The notes beneath the pieces were generated by a model, which saw only the letters and a program-made list of their open reading frames with translations, did not search any database and was not told where the DNA came from. 64,000 bases of DNA from Desulfobaccales bacterium (GTDB lineage: Bacteria > Desulfobacterota > Desulfobaccia > Desulfobaccales > 0-14-0-80-60-11). The translations under genes were made by a program, and so were the position numbers. Numbering within the stretch: the first letter of the stretch is position 1; each line of letters starts with the position of its first letter. The stretch is taken from positions 1,889 to 65,888 of the forward strand of contig JBAVAG010000118.1 of the NCBI GenBank assembly GCA_049585595.1, in the 5' to 3' direction. Positions 53,214-63,515 of this stretch are shown piece by piece.

Positions 53214-55379
53214 ATGATCGATACCGCCCAAGACCTGGAGGAATACCGGAAACGCTTGCGGCAGGCCCTGGATAACCAGTTCCTGCGCGCCGCCCAGGGC
53301 GCCTTCTTCGCCGCCTACCCCGAAGGCCGGGCCCGGGCCCTGAGCGGGATCGATTTTGAGGCCCTGCGGGAGGAGATCGCCCGGGGCAAAGACCAGGCCC
53401 TGCCCCACCTGGAAGAGCTTTATGAGGCCTTCAAGGCCAGGGCCGAGGCCGCCGGGGTCAAGGTGCACCTGGCCGGGACCGCCCGGGAGGCCAACGAGAT
53501 CATCTGCGGCATCGCCAAAGACCGCGGGGTGCAGAAGATCGTCAAATCGAAGTCCATGACCGCGGAGGAGACCTTCCTCAACGACCACCTGGAAAAGGAA
53601 GGCCTGACCGTGGTGGAAACCGACCTGGGCGAATGGATTATCCAGCTCAGGCACGAAGGCCCCTCCCACATGGTCCTGCCTGCCATCCATCTCTCCCGCG
53701 GGCAGGTGGCGGAGTTATTCTCCCGGGTCACCGGGGAGTCCCTCGACCCGGACGACATCGGTAAGATGGTGAAGGTGGCCCGGCGGGAACTTCGCAAGGA
53801 GTTCCTGTCCTCCGGGATGGGTATCAGCGGCGCCAACTTCGCCATTGCCGAAAGCGGCGCCCTGGGAATTATGACCAATGAGGGCAACGCCCGCCTCACC
53901 ACCACCCTGCCGCCCATCCACGTGGCCCTGGTGGGCCTGGATAAGCTGGTGCCGGACCTGGCCAGTGCGCTCCGCATCTTGAAGGTGGTGCCCAAGAACG
54001 CCACCGGCCAGGTGATCACCTCCTATGTCTCCTGGATCACCGGGGCCACCGAGTGCCGCCCCGGCCCGGGGGGCCGCAAAGAGATGCACGTGGTCTTCCT
54101 GGACAACGGCCGCCTGGCCCTGGCCCGGGATCCGGTCTTTTCCGAGGTCCTGCGCTGCATCCGCTGCGGCGCCTGCGCCAATGTCTGTCCCGTCTATTCA
54201 CTGGTGGGCGGCCACAATTACGGCCATGTCTACATCGGCGCCATCGGTTTGATTCTCACCTATTTTTACCACGGCCGCCAAAACGACCGGGCTATCGTCC
54301 AGAACTGCCTCAACTGCCTGGCCTGCAAAGCGGTCTGTCCCGTGGGCATCAATCTGCCCCTGATCATCAAGGAAGTTCATGGGGAAATCCTGGCCGAAGA
54401 GCGAGAGAGGCCGCTGAAGAACCGGCTGCTGCGGAGGGTCCTGAAGAACCGCCGCCTCTTTCATTTCCTCCTGCGCCGGGCCTCCCTGGCGCAGCGGCCT
54501 TTTGCCCGGAAAGGATTTATCCGCCATCTCCCCTTTTTCTTCGGCAAGGAACACGAGTTCCGGAGCCTGCCCACGGTGGTCGCCACTCCCTTGCGGGACC
54601 GCTGGCCGCAGCTGGCCGGCAAAGAGGCGGCTCAACCCCGGACCCGGGTCGCCTTGTTCGGCGGGTGTCTGGTCGATTTTGTCTATCCGGAACAGGGCGA
54701 GGCCCTGGTCAAGCTGTTGAGAGACCGCCAGATCCGGGTGGACTACCCCCAGGACCAGACCTGCTGCGGCCTGCCGGCCAAATGCATGGGCGAGCTCGAT
54801 CTGGCCCGGGAGGTGGCCATCCAAAACCTGCGGGCCCTGGACCCGGCGGATTACGATCAGATCCTGGTCCTTTGCGCCTCCTGCGGCTCGCATATCAAGA
54901 ACACCTATCCCCTCCTCCTGGCCCGGGAACCGGGAGTGGGGGTCAAGGCGCGCCAATTGGCGGCAAAGTTGATGGACTTCAGCTCCTACCTGACCGAAGT
55001 CCTCAAGGTTAGCCCGGAAGAGTTCCTGGCATCGAACCGGAAGGTGGCCTACCATGCCCCCTGCCACCTGTGCCGGGGTCTTAAGGTGACCCGGCCTCCC
55101 CGGGAGCTATTGAAGATCGCGGGTTATCAGTACCTGCCCGCCCAGAATGAAGAGGTCTGCTGCGGCATGGGCGGCACCTTTTCGGTGGATTTCCCGGAAA
55201 TCTCCGGGGAGCTGCTAAAAAACAAGCTGGACGCGGTGGCCGCCACCGGCGCCGACCTCCTGGTGAGCGACTGCCCCGGCTGCGTCCTGCAGCTCCGCGG
55301 GGGACTTGAGAAGCGGGGCGGTAAGATCAAAGTCCAGCACATCGCCGAGGCGGTGGCCGAGGCAGCCAAAAGGAGGTGA
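53214..55379 (+). CDS. lutB: LutB-like Fe-S oxidoreductase fused to a LutA-like CCG-domain module
   Basis: LUD region, then CIRCGACANVCPVY and CLNCLACKAVCPVG. The C-terminal third has DQTCCGLPA and EEVCCGMGG. Confidence 0.8.
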   Translation: MIDTAQDLEEYRKRLRQALDNQFLRAAQGAFFAAYPEGRARALSGIDFEALREEIARGKDQALPHLEELYEAFKARAEAAGVKVHLAGTAREANEIICGIAKDRGVQKIVKSKSMTAEETFLNDHLEKEGLTVVETDLGEWIIQLRHEGPSHMVLPAIHLSRGQVAELFSRVTGESLDPDDIGKMVKVARRELRKEFLSSGMGISGANFAIAESGALGIMTNEGNARLTTTLPPIHVALVGLDKLVPDLASALRILKVVPKNATGQVITSYVSWITGATECRPGPGGRKEMHVVFLDNGRLALARDPVFSEVLRCIRCGACANVCPVYSLVGGHNYGHVYIGAIGLILTYFYHGRQNDRAIVQNCLNCLACKAVCPVGINLPLIIKEVHGEILAEERERPLKNRLLRRVLKNRRLFHFLLRRASLAQRPFARKGFIRHLPFFFGKEHEFRSLPTVVATPLRDRWPQLAGKEAAQPRTRVALFGGCLVDFVYPEQGEALVKLLRDRQIRVDYPQDQTCCGLPAKCMGELDLAREVAIQNLRALDPADYDQILVLCASCGSHIKNTYPLLLAREPGVGVKARQLAAKLMDFSSYLTEVLKVSPEEFLASNRKVAYHAPCHLCRGLKVTRPPRELLKIAGYQYLPAQNEEVCCGMGGTFSVDFPEISGELLKNKLDAVAATGADLLVSDCPGCVLQLRGGLEKRGGKIKVQHIAEAVAEAAKRR

Positions 55380-55473
55380 TTAACCGCTGCCTTTCCGAAC
55401 ACCTTACGCTTTTGGAAGGATTTTCTGGCAAATCGATTGAGAGCACTTATTTTTCATAAAGGAGGGTGCATTG

Positions 55474-57099
55474 ATGCCGTGGATTCAAAATTACATACCT
55501 TTGGGCCACTTGGGCCTCTCGGCCCTGGTAGCCACGGTTCCCATTATCATCCTTGGGTACCTGCTGGCCGTCATGCGCACCAAAGGGCATCCCGCCGCCT
55601 TCATTTCCGTCCTGGCGGCCGTCTTGTTGGCCATCCTGGTTTGGCGCATGCCCGTATCTCTGGCGATCATGGCCACCCTGAACGGCATGTTATTCGGCCT
55701 CTTCCCCGTGGTCTGGATTGTCATCACCGCCATCTGGATCTACAACATGTCGGTGGAATCCGGCGAATTCGAGATCATCAAAAACTCCCTGGCCTGCATC
55801 ACCGATGACCGCCGCCTGCAGGCCCTCTTTATCGCCTTCGCCTTCGGCGCCTTCCTGGAAGGCACCGCCGGTTTCGGCACCCCGGTGGCCATCACCGCCG
55901 CCATGTTGGTAGGCCTCGGTTTTCAGCCGGTCTACGCCGCCGGCGTCTGTCTGATTGCCAACACCGCACCGGTGGCCTTTGGCGCCATCGGCATCCCCAT
56001 CGTGGTGGCAGCTGGGGTCACCCATCTGCCCTTGATGCACATCAGCGCCATGGTGGGCCGGCAGCTTCCCTTTGTGGCTGTCATCGTCCCTCTCTGGCTG
56101 GTGGTGACCATGAGCGGCTGGAAATCCGCCATGGAGGTCTTGCCGGCGATCATCGTTACCGGGGTCTGCTTTGCAGTCTCCCAATTCGTGGTCTCCAATT
56201 TCGTCGGCCCCTACCTCCCTGATATCGTTGCCGCCATTGTCACCATCATCGGCCTGGGGGTCTTCCTCATGTTCTGGAAGCCGCCTACCATCTGGCGATT
56301 TTCCGGGGTGGCTCCCACTGAAAAGGTGACCTGTCTCTATTCCAGCAAGGAAGTGGTCCGCTGCTGGGTGCCTTACATCATCCTGGCCATCATGGTGTTT
56401 CTCTGGGGCCTCGATCCGGTCAAAAAACTCCTGGGACCCATCGGTTTCACCTTCCAATGGCCTCTGCTCCATAATCTGGTGATCAAGGCTGCCCCCATCG
56501 TGGCCAAGAATACCCCGATTCCCGCGGTCTTTGCGGTTAATATCGGCACCGCCGCCGGCACCGCTATCTTTATCGCCGGCCTGTTATCGGTTCTGTTCAT
56601 TCCCAACTACGGCTTCGGCAAGGCCTTTGCCTGTTTCGGCCGAACCATCAATACCCTGAAGTGGGCCATCGTCACCATCTCCCTGGTCCTGGGCCTGGGC
56701 TGGATCATGAACTATTCCGGCATGAGTTCCACCTTGGCCCTGGCCGCAGCCGCCACCGGGGTTTTGTTCCCCATTTTCTCTCCCATCCTGGGCTGGCTCG
56801 GGGTCTTTCTCACCGGTTCCGACACCGCCTCCAACGCCCTGTTCGCCGGCTTGCAGAAGAGCACCGCCGAACAAATCGGGGTGAGCCCCACCCTGATGGT
56901 GGCGTCCAACTCCAGCGGCGGCGTGGTGGGGAAGATGATTTCGCCCCAATCCATCGCGGTGGCCACCGCGGCCACCGGCATGGTGGGGGAGGAGGGCTCC
57001 ATCTTCCGGTTTGCCTTGAAGCACAGCGTCTCCATGGTCCTGATCATCTCTGTCATCTGCCTGCTCCAGGCCTATGTCCTGAAGTTCATGGTGCCCTAA
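55474..57099 (+). CDS. lctP: L-lactate permease (LctP family)
   Basis: MPWIQNYIPLG...ACITDDRRLQALFIAFAFGAFLEGTAGFGTPVAI... with about 12-14 TM segments. ATG at 55474 follows AAGGAGGG. Confidence 0.88.
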   Translation: MPWIQNYIPLGHLGLSALVATVPIIILGYLLAVMRTKGHPAAFISVLAAVLLAILVWRMPVSLAIMATLNGMLFGLFPVVWIVITAIWIYNMSVESGEFEIIKNSLACITDDRRLQALFIAFAFGAFLEGTAGFGTPVAITAAMLVGLGFQPVYAAGVCLIANTAPVAFGAIGIPIVVAAGVTHLPLMHISAMVGRQLPFVAVIVPLWLVVTMSGWKSAMEVLPAIIVTGVCFAVSQFVVSNFVGPYLPDIVAAIVTIIGLGVFLMFWKPPTIWRFSGVAPTEKVTCLYSSKEVVRCWVPYIILAIMVFLWGLDPVKKLLGPIGFTFQWPLLHNLVIKAAPIVAKNTPIPAVFAVNIGTAAGTAIFIAGLLSVLFIPNYGFGKAFACFGRTINTLKWAIVTISLVLGLGWIMNYSGMSSTLALAAAATGVLFPIFSPILGWLGVFLTGSDTASNALFAGLQKSTAEQIGVSPTLMVASNSSGGVVGKMISPQSIAVATAATGMVGEEGSIFRFALKHSVSMVLIISVICLLQAYVLKFMVP

Positions 57100-57158
57100 G
57101 CCGGCGGTTATGATTGGGAGCATTATGAGATCTCTTATTTATCTCCTCTCCCCTCGCC

Positions 57159-57204
57159 GTAGGGGCGGGGTGTCCGCGCCCGGGCGGCGAGACGCCGCCC
57201 CTAC
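57159..57204. repeat. REP-like palindrome GTAGGGGCGG...CCGCCCCTAC with extended outer arms
   Basis: The outer arms are TCTCCCCTCGCC and CGGCGCGGGGAGA. It lies 60 nt after the lctP stop. Confidence 0.75.
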
Positions 57205-57370
57205 CGGCGCGGGGAGAAGCGAAAGGTGGTTGGGAAGGTAATCTATTTTCGCCTCCCATTGATAAGATGCACCAGTGGCGGACCCGGTCCGCCACTTTTT
57301 TTTGGCCCTCGTCCATTTTGCCCCTCTAATGATTTGCCAAGGCCCGCCTCTATGGGTTAAAAATCCTTAC

Positions 57371-58009
57371 ATGAACGACTGCACCTCGCCGGAAAAGGCA
57401 CACGCAACCCTGGTGATTATCGACACCCAGCAGGATTTTGTCGTCCCGGGCGCCCCGGGGTTCATCCCCGGAACCTTGGAGGCCCTGCCCCGCATGGCCC
57501 GGCTGGTTGAGAAATTCAGGCAAAAAGGACTCCCCATCATCCACGTGGTGCGGTTGTACCTCGAAGATGGCGGCAATGTTGATCTGTGCCGCCGGGCCGC
57601 GGTGGCCCAGGGATTAAAAATGGTGGCCCCCGGAAGCCCCGGCGCCGAAATCATGGAGGAATTGAAGCCTTTTCCGCAGGTGCGCCTGGACGCGGCCTTG
57701 CTCTTATCAGGCAAGCTCCAGGCCATCGGACCCAGGGAATGGTTCATGTATAAGCCCAGGTGGGGCGCCTTTTATCAGACACGTCTTGAGGAGCACCTGC
57801 GGGCCCTGGGGGTCAACACCCTGGCCCTGGGCGGCTGCAACTTCCCCAATTGCCCCCGGACCACCATCTATGAGGCCAGCGAACGGGATTTTAAGATTAT
57901 CCTGGTACCCGACGCGGTCTCCGGCATCTATGACCAGGCGCTCCTGGAGATGCGGAATATCGGGGTGAACTTGATGACTGCCGGAGAATGCCTGGCCTGG
58001 CTGGACTGA
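57371..58009 (+). CDS. Isochorismatase-family cysteine hydrolase
   Basis: ATLVIIDTQQDFVVPG...LALGGCNFPNCPRTT (catalytic Cys region). ATG at 57371; the ORF is open from 57275. Confidence 0.8.
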   Translation: MNDCTSPEKAHATLVIIDTQQDFVVPGAPGFIPGTLEALPRMARLVEKFRQKGLPIIHVVRLYLEDGGNVDLCRRAAVAQGLKMVAPGSPGAEIMEELKPFPQVRLDAALLLSGKLQAIGPREWFMYKPRWGAFYQTRLEEHLRALGVNTLALGGCNFPNCPRTTIYEASERDFKIILVPDAVSGIYDQALLEMRNIGVNLMTAGECLAWLD

Positions 58010-58010
58010 C

Positions 58011-58103
58011 AATAAAGGCAAAAGGCAAAAGTAAAAAGGTAAAATTAAAAAAATCAGGGTTTTGCCCTTTTACTTTTGCCTTTTTACTTTTTCATTTTGC
58101 CTT
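58011..58103. repeat. Heptamer-array hairpin (AAGGCAA / AAGTAAA units)
   Basis: Left arm 58011-58053 and right arm 58057-58103 are complementary around a 3-nt loop. It lies between the isochorismatase stop and tRNA-Arg. Confidence 0.8.
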
Positions 58104-58135
58104 GGGGGGGTCTCATCGCCCCCAGCCATCTCACT

Positions 58136-58212
58136 GCGCCTGTAGCTCAGTTGGACAGAGCAACGGACTTCTAATCCGTGGGTCGCAGGTTCGAATCCTG
58201 CCAGGCGCGCCA
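58136..58212 (+). tRNA. tRNA-Arg (anticodon TCT)
   Basis: GCGCCTGTAGCTCAGTTGGACAGAGCAACGGACTTCTAATCCGTGGGTCGCAGGTTCGAATCCTGCCAGGCGCGCCA. The anticodon loop is CTTCTAA. Confidence 0.92.
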
Positions 58213-58337
58213 ATAATTTCACGGGTTGGCATTAAGCGTTAGTACCGATTTTTATGCCAAATGGTGCTGGGCGATGGCGGCCTTACTGTGATTTTTCCTT
58301 AAGGCTAAATTTTTCGAAGGCGGAGGTAATTTCTTAG

Positions 58338-59276
<939 letters not shown>

Positions 59277-59282
59277 GGCCTC

Positions 59283-60014
59283 ATGGATGATCTTGCCGAA
59301 ACTACGGCGGTGATTCTGGCGGGCGGGCGGGGCACTCGCCTGCAGCCGGTCCTGCCTCACCAGCCCAAGGTCATGGCGGAATTCCATGGCCGCCCTTTCC
59401 TTACGTACCTGCTGGATCAATTGGTGGCGGTGGGAGTCCGGAACGTGGTCTTGTGCACGGGATACCGCGGGGAGGAAATCCGCACCCACCTGGGCGATGC
59501 TTATAGCTCCGCGCATCTGACGTATTCCCACGAAGATCAGCCCTTGGGGACGGGTGGGGCCTTGCGGCTGGCGCTGCCGCTGCTGGACTCGGACCCGGTC
59601 ATGGTCATGAATGGCGACTCTTTGATCGAGGCGGACTTTAAGGGCTACCTGGCCTGGTTCCTGGGGCGCCCCGCGGCGGCGGCGCTCACCTTGGCCAGGG
59701 TGGAAGATACCGCCAGATTTGGGCGGGTGGAGGCGGCCGCAGATGGCGCCATCACGAACTTCCAGGAAAAGGCCGTTCCCGGTCCCGGATGGATCAATGC
59801 CGGCGTCTATCTCGTGAAGAAAGCAGTTCTGGAACTGATTCCTCCCCGGCGATTCTTCTCCCTGGAGGGGGACCTGCTGCCAACTCTGGTGGGCCAGGGG
59901 CTTTACGGGCATAGGGTGGCGGGCCGGTTCATCGATATCGGCACGCCGGAGTCTTATGCCGTGGCCGCGGATTTCCTCCGGCAGCTGCGGGAAGAGGCGA
60001 AAATCCACTTTTAA
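59283..60014 (+). CDS. Sugar-phosphate nucleotidyltransferase (HddC-like)
   Basis: AVILAGGRGTRLQP...PKVMAEFHGRPFL... Confidence 0.8.
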   Translation: MDDLAETTAVILAGGRGTRLQPVLPHQPKVMAEFHGRPFLTYLLDQLVAVGVRNVVLCTGYRGEEIRTHLGDAYSSAHLTYSHEDQPLGTGGALRLALPLLDSDPVMVMNGDSLIEADFKGYLAWFLGRPAAAALTLARVEDTARFGRVEAAADGAITNFQEKAVPGPGWINAGVYLVKKAVLELIPPRRFFSLEGDLLPTLVGQGLYGHRVAGRFIDIGTPESYAVAADFLRQLREEAKIHF

Positions 60015-60098
60015 CCCGGCGATATTTTTGTTATAAAATCAAAGAGTGCTACCGGGGATCGCATAATGATAACTCTGGCAGGGGATTAAAGGTACGGC

Positions 60099-61160
60099 AT
60101 GGTCATCAGCAGGACCCCCTTTAGAATCTCTTTCTTTGGCGGTGGCACCGATTACCCCTCCTGGTACCGTAACCATGGGGGCCAGGTGCTGGCTTCATCC
60201 ATTAACAAATACTGCTATATCACCTGCCGTTATTTACCCCCGTTTTTTGAGCACCGGATCCGGGTGGTTTACTCCATAATCGAAGATTGCCAGAATTATG
60301 AAGAGATTAAACATCCGGCGGTGCGGGAGACCCTCCGCTTCCTGCAACTGGAACGGGGTCTGGAAATCCACCACGATGGCGACCTGCCCGCCCGGAGCGG
60401 CATGGGTTCCAGTTCGTCGTTTACGGTGGGCTTGCTGAACGCCCTTTATGCCCTGATCAACGTCATGGCCAGTAAGCACCAGTTGGCCATGGAGAGCATT
60501 CACATCGAACAGGAGATGATCCGGGAGACGGTGGGGTCCCAGGACCAGGTAACCGCCGCCTACGGGGGCTTGAACCAGATTGTTTTCAGCCCCGGCGGGG
60601 AAATCACCGTGAAGCCGGTGACCATCTCTTACGAGCGCCTGGAGAAACTCAGTTCCCATGTTATGCTCTTCTATACGGGGATCAAACGCACCGCTTCGGA
60701 CGTGGCCAAATCGTATGTGGCGGATATTGAAGATAAAGCCGACCTCCTCAAGGCAATGGACGGCATGGTGGACGAGGCGCTTAGGATCCTTTGCGGCAGC
60801 GGCTGTCTCTCCAAGTTCGGGGAATTGCTGCACGAGGCCTGGTTGCTCAAGCGGGACTTGAGTTCCCAGGTTTCCAACCACGAGTTGGACGGCTACTATG
60901 CCAGGGCCCGGGCCCACGGGGCCATCGGCGGGAAGATCATGGGGGCCGGAGGAGGCGGGTTCTTGATGCTGTTCGTGCCCCCTGAAGCCCAGGAGCAGGT
61001 CCGCCTGGCCCTCAAGGAACTGCTCCATGTGCCGGTGCGGTTTGAATCCTCCGGGACCCAGATTATTTTTTACGGACCGAGCAAGGAGGATTTCTCGGCG
61101 CTGGATCGGGAAAGAACCATAAACTCCATCACGCCTTTCCGGGAGTTCCTGTCGTCCTAA
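60099..61160 (+). CDS. GHMP-family sugar kinase (HddA-like heptose-7-phosphate kinase)
   Basis: RTPFRISFFGGGTDYP...GDLPARSGMGSSSSF (GHMP motif II)...GAGGGGFL. Confidence 0.8.
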   Translation: MVISRTPFRISFFGGGTDYPSWYRNHGGQVLASSINKYCYITCRYLPPFFEHRIRVVYSIIEDCQNYEEIKHPAVRETLRFLQLERGLEIHHDGDLPARSGMGSSSSFTVGLLNALYALINVMASKHQLAMESIHIEQEMIRETVGSQDQVTAAYGGLNQIVFSPGGEITVKPVTISYERLEKLSSHVMLFYTGIKRTASDVAKSYVADIEDKADLLKAMDGMVDEALRILCGSGCLSKFGELLHEAWLLKRDLSSQVSNHELDGYYARARAHGAIGGKIMGAGGGGFLMLFVPPEAQEQVRLALKELLHVPVRFESSGTQIIFYGPSKEDFSALDRERTINSITPFREFLSS

Positions 61161-61291
61161 GCTTCCTCGGATTTTGGTTGGTGTGCGGCATCCCTCGCTT
61201 ATTTCCAGCGGCGCCCCGCCCACCCCAGGCCCAGCAACTAACGGCGGAGATATTTTGACCAGGCGTGGCGTGAATTTTCCAGGATAACGGT

Positions 61292-62275
61292 ATGTTGCGA
61301 TACGGCAAAGAAACCCTGGGGCGCCTCTATTACGACATGTTGCGCATTCGCCGGTTCCAGTTGCGCATCGATTCCCTCTACCTGGACGATGAGATGAAGA
61401 CGCCGGTGCACCTCTGTATCGGCCAGGAGGCTGTTCCGGTAGGGGTGTGCGCCCATCTGGGCCCCGAGGATTACCTCACCAGCAACCACCGGGGGCATGG
61501 CCATTACCTGGCCAAAGGTGGTGACCTGAGGGCGCTGGTCGCGGAGTTATACGGCAGGAAGACCGGCTGTTCCAAAGGTCGGGGGGGCTCCATGCATCTG
61601 GTGGACGTGGCCGTGGGGCACTATGGGAGTTCTTCCATAGTCGGGGGCGGCATCCCCATTGGCACCGGCTTTGGACTGGCCATCAAGATGCGAGGCGAAT
61701 CCCGGGTGAGCTCGATTTTTTTGGGGGACGGGGCCGCAGATGAAGGGGTGTTGTACGAGAGCATCAATTTTGCCATCCTGAAAAAGCTGCCCGTGTTGTT
61801 CGTGCTGGAGAACAACCAGTACTCCGTCTGTTCCCACGTGTCCGCCCGGCAGGTCGGGGAGATCGCCTTTCATACCATGCCACCGGATCTGCTGTTCACC
61901 CGCAAGGTGGACGGCAATGACGTGCTGGCGGTTTATGAGGCGGCCGGGGAGGCGGTATCCCGGGCCCGGGCCGGGTTGGGCCCTGCCTTTCTGGAGTGCC
62001 AAACCTACCGAATCCTGGGACACGCGGGGTGCGAGGCCCAGGATTCTGCCGGTTACCGGAGCCCCGAGGAGGTAGACCGGTGGAAACAGCGATGCCCCCT
62101 GGCCAGGTTGCAGCGGGAGCTGCTGGCGGCCGGGATAATCACCTTAGAGAACGTGGAGGCCTTGGAACAACGCATCGAAGCCGAACTGGATGAGGCCTTC
62201 GCCGGCGCCCAAAGAGACCCGCACCTCCCCCAGGCTGAGGAACTTCCCTTATACCTTTTCTGTGAGCAAGAATAG
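61292..62275 (+). CDS. Thiamine-diphosphate-dependent dehydrogenase E1 alpha-like subunit
   Basis: LCIGQEAVPVG...NHRGHGH...LGDGAADEGVLYESINFA...VLENNQYS (ThDP motif GDG..NN). Confidence 0.8.
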   Translation: MLRYGKETLGRLYYDMLRIRRFQLRIDSLYLDDEMKTPVHLCIGQEAVPVGVCAHLGPEDYLTSNHRGHGHYLAKGGDLRALVAELYGRKTGCSKGRGGSMHLVDVAVGHYGSSSIVGGGIPIGTGFGLAIKMRGESRVSSIFLGDGAADEGVLYESINFAILKKLPVLFVLENNQYSVCSHVSARQVGEIAFHTMPPDLLFTRKVDGNDVLAVYEAAGEAVSRARAGLGPAFLECQTYRILGHAGCEAQDSAGYRSPEEVDRWKQRCPLARLQRELLAAGIITLENVEALEQRIEAELDEAFAGAQRDPHLPQAEELPLYLFCEQE

Positions 62276-63336
62276 TGCCCTGGTCCAAGATCAAAGCCGA
62301 AGTTGAGGAGCCGGAATTTTCGCAGGAGACCGAGAGCGGCGGGCGGGTCCTCAGTTATCCCGAGGCGGTGCGGGATGCCTTCCATGAGGCCCTGAAGCAC
62401 GATGCCCGGGTCTTTCTTATGGGCCAGGATGTGGATGCCCCCGGAGGGATGTTCGGCACCACCCGGGGACTCTATCAGGAATTTGGCCGCCGGCGGGTCT
62501 TCGATACCCCGTTATCCGAAGGCGCCCTGACCGGCATAGCCATTGGCGCCGCCATCGCCGGCCTGCGTCCCGTTTACCTCCATAATCGTCCAGACTTTCT
62601 CATGCTCTGCATGGATCAGTTGGTCAACCATGCGGCCAAATGGAGCTTCATGTTCGGCGGCGCGGTCCACGTGCCATTGGTAATCTGGACCTGCATCGGC
62701 CGGGGCTGGGGTTCCGGCGCTCAGCATTCCCAGGCCCTCCAGGGGTTGTTCATGCATATCCCCGGGCTGAAACTGGTCATGCCCAGCACCTGTTACGATG
62801 CCAAGGGGTTATTGCTGGCTGCGATTGCGGACCCGAACCCGGTGCTGGTCATCGACCACCGGTACAATTTTAAGCAAAAGGGCCGGGTTCCGGAAGGCCT
62901 CTACCGGCTCCCGCTGGGGCAGGGGGTCATCCGGCGGCCCGGGAAGCAGGTCACGGTGGTGGCCATCTCCCACCTGGTCCTGGAGGCTTACGAGGCGGCC
63001 CAGGAATTGAGCGCCGAAGGCATTGACGCCGAAATCATCGACCCGCGCACCCTCCGCCCGCTGGACGAAAAGCTCATCCTGGACTCGGTGGCGCGGACCG
63101 GCCGTCTGGTGGTCGCGGACACCGGCTGGAAGACCGGCGGGGTGACCGCGGAAATCAGCGCCCTGGTGGCCGAAAAGGGTTTTGCCTCCCTGAAAGCGCC
63201 CATCCGGCGGGTGGCCGCGCCGGATCTTCCCACCCCGGCTGGATTTACCCTGGAAGAAGCTTATTACCTCAGCAAAGAGGATATCAAACAGGCCATCCGG
63301 GAAATTGCCGCTTGCAGGCCAGGGGTTGACGGGTAG
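62275..63336 (+). CDS. E1 beta-like (transketolase pyrimidine-binding / C-terminal) subunit
   Basis: VFLMGQDV...RVFDTPLSEGALTGIAIGAA...IDPRTLRPLD. The GTG start shares one nucleotide with the alpha-subunit TAG. Confidence 0.8.
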   Translation: MPWSKIKAEVEEPEFSQETESGGRVLSYPEAVRDAFHEALKHDARVFLMGQDVDAPGGMFGTTRGLYQEFGRRRVFDTPLSEGALTGIAIGAAIAGLRPVYLHNRPDFLMLCMDQLVNHAAKWSFMFGGAVHVPLVIWTCIGRGWGSGAQHSQALQGLFMHIPGLKLVMPSTCYDAKGLLLAAIADPNPVLVIDHRYNFKQKGRVPEGLYRLPLGQGVIRRPGKQVTVVAISHLVLEAYEAAQELSAEGIDAEIIDPRTLRPLDEKLILDSVARTGRLVVADTGWKTGGVTAEISALVAEKGFASLKAPIRRVAAPDLPTPAGFTLEEAYYLSKEDIKQAIREIAACRPGVDG

Positions 63337-63515
63337 CTTGACTGGCGGCCCCCTGGCGTTTGTCCGGCGGAACTTCCCGGGAGATGGCAGCGGCCCAGAA
63401 TGTGCTTGCTTTTTCCGGGCAATTATTGGAAAAATAACAAGGGGTAACGTCCATGGAGAGCGGTTTCGGCTCCGGGCTTCCCTGAAAATCGACGCAAGCA
63501 TCGGAAAGGCAACAT

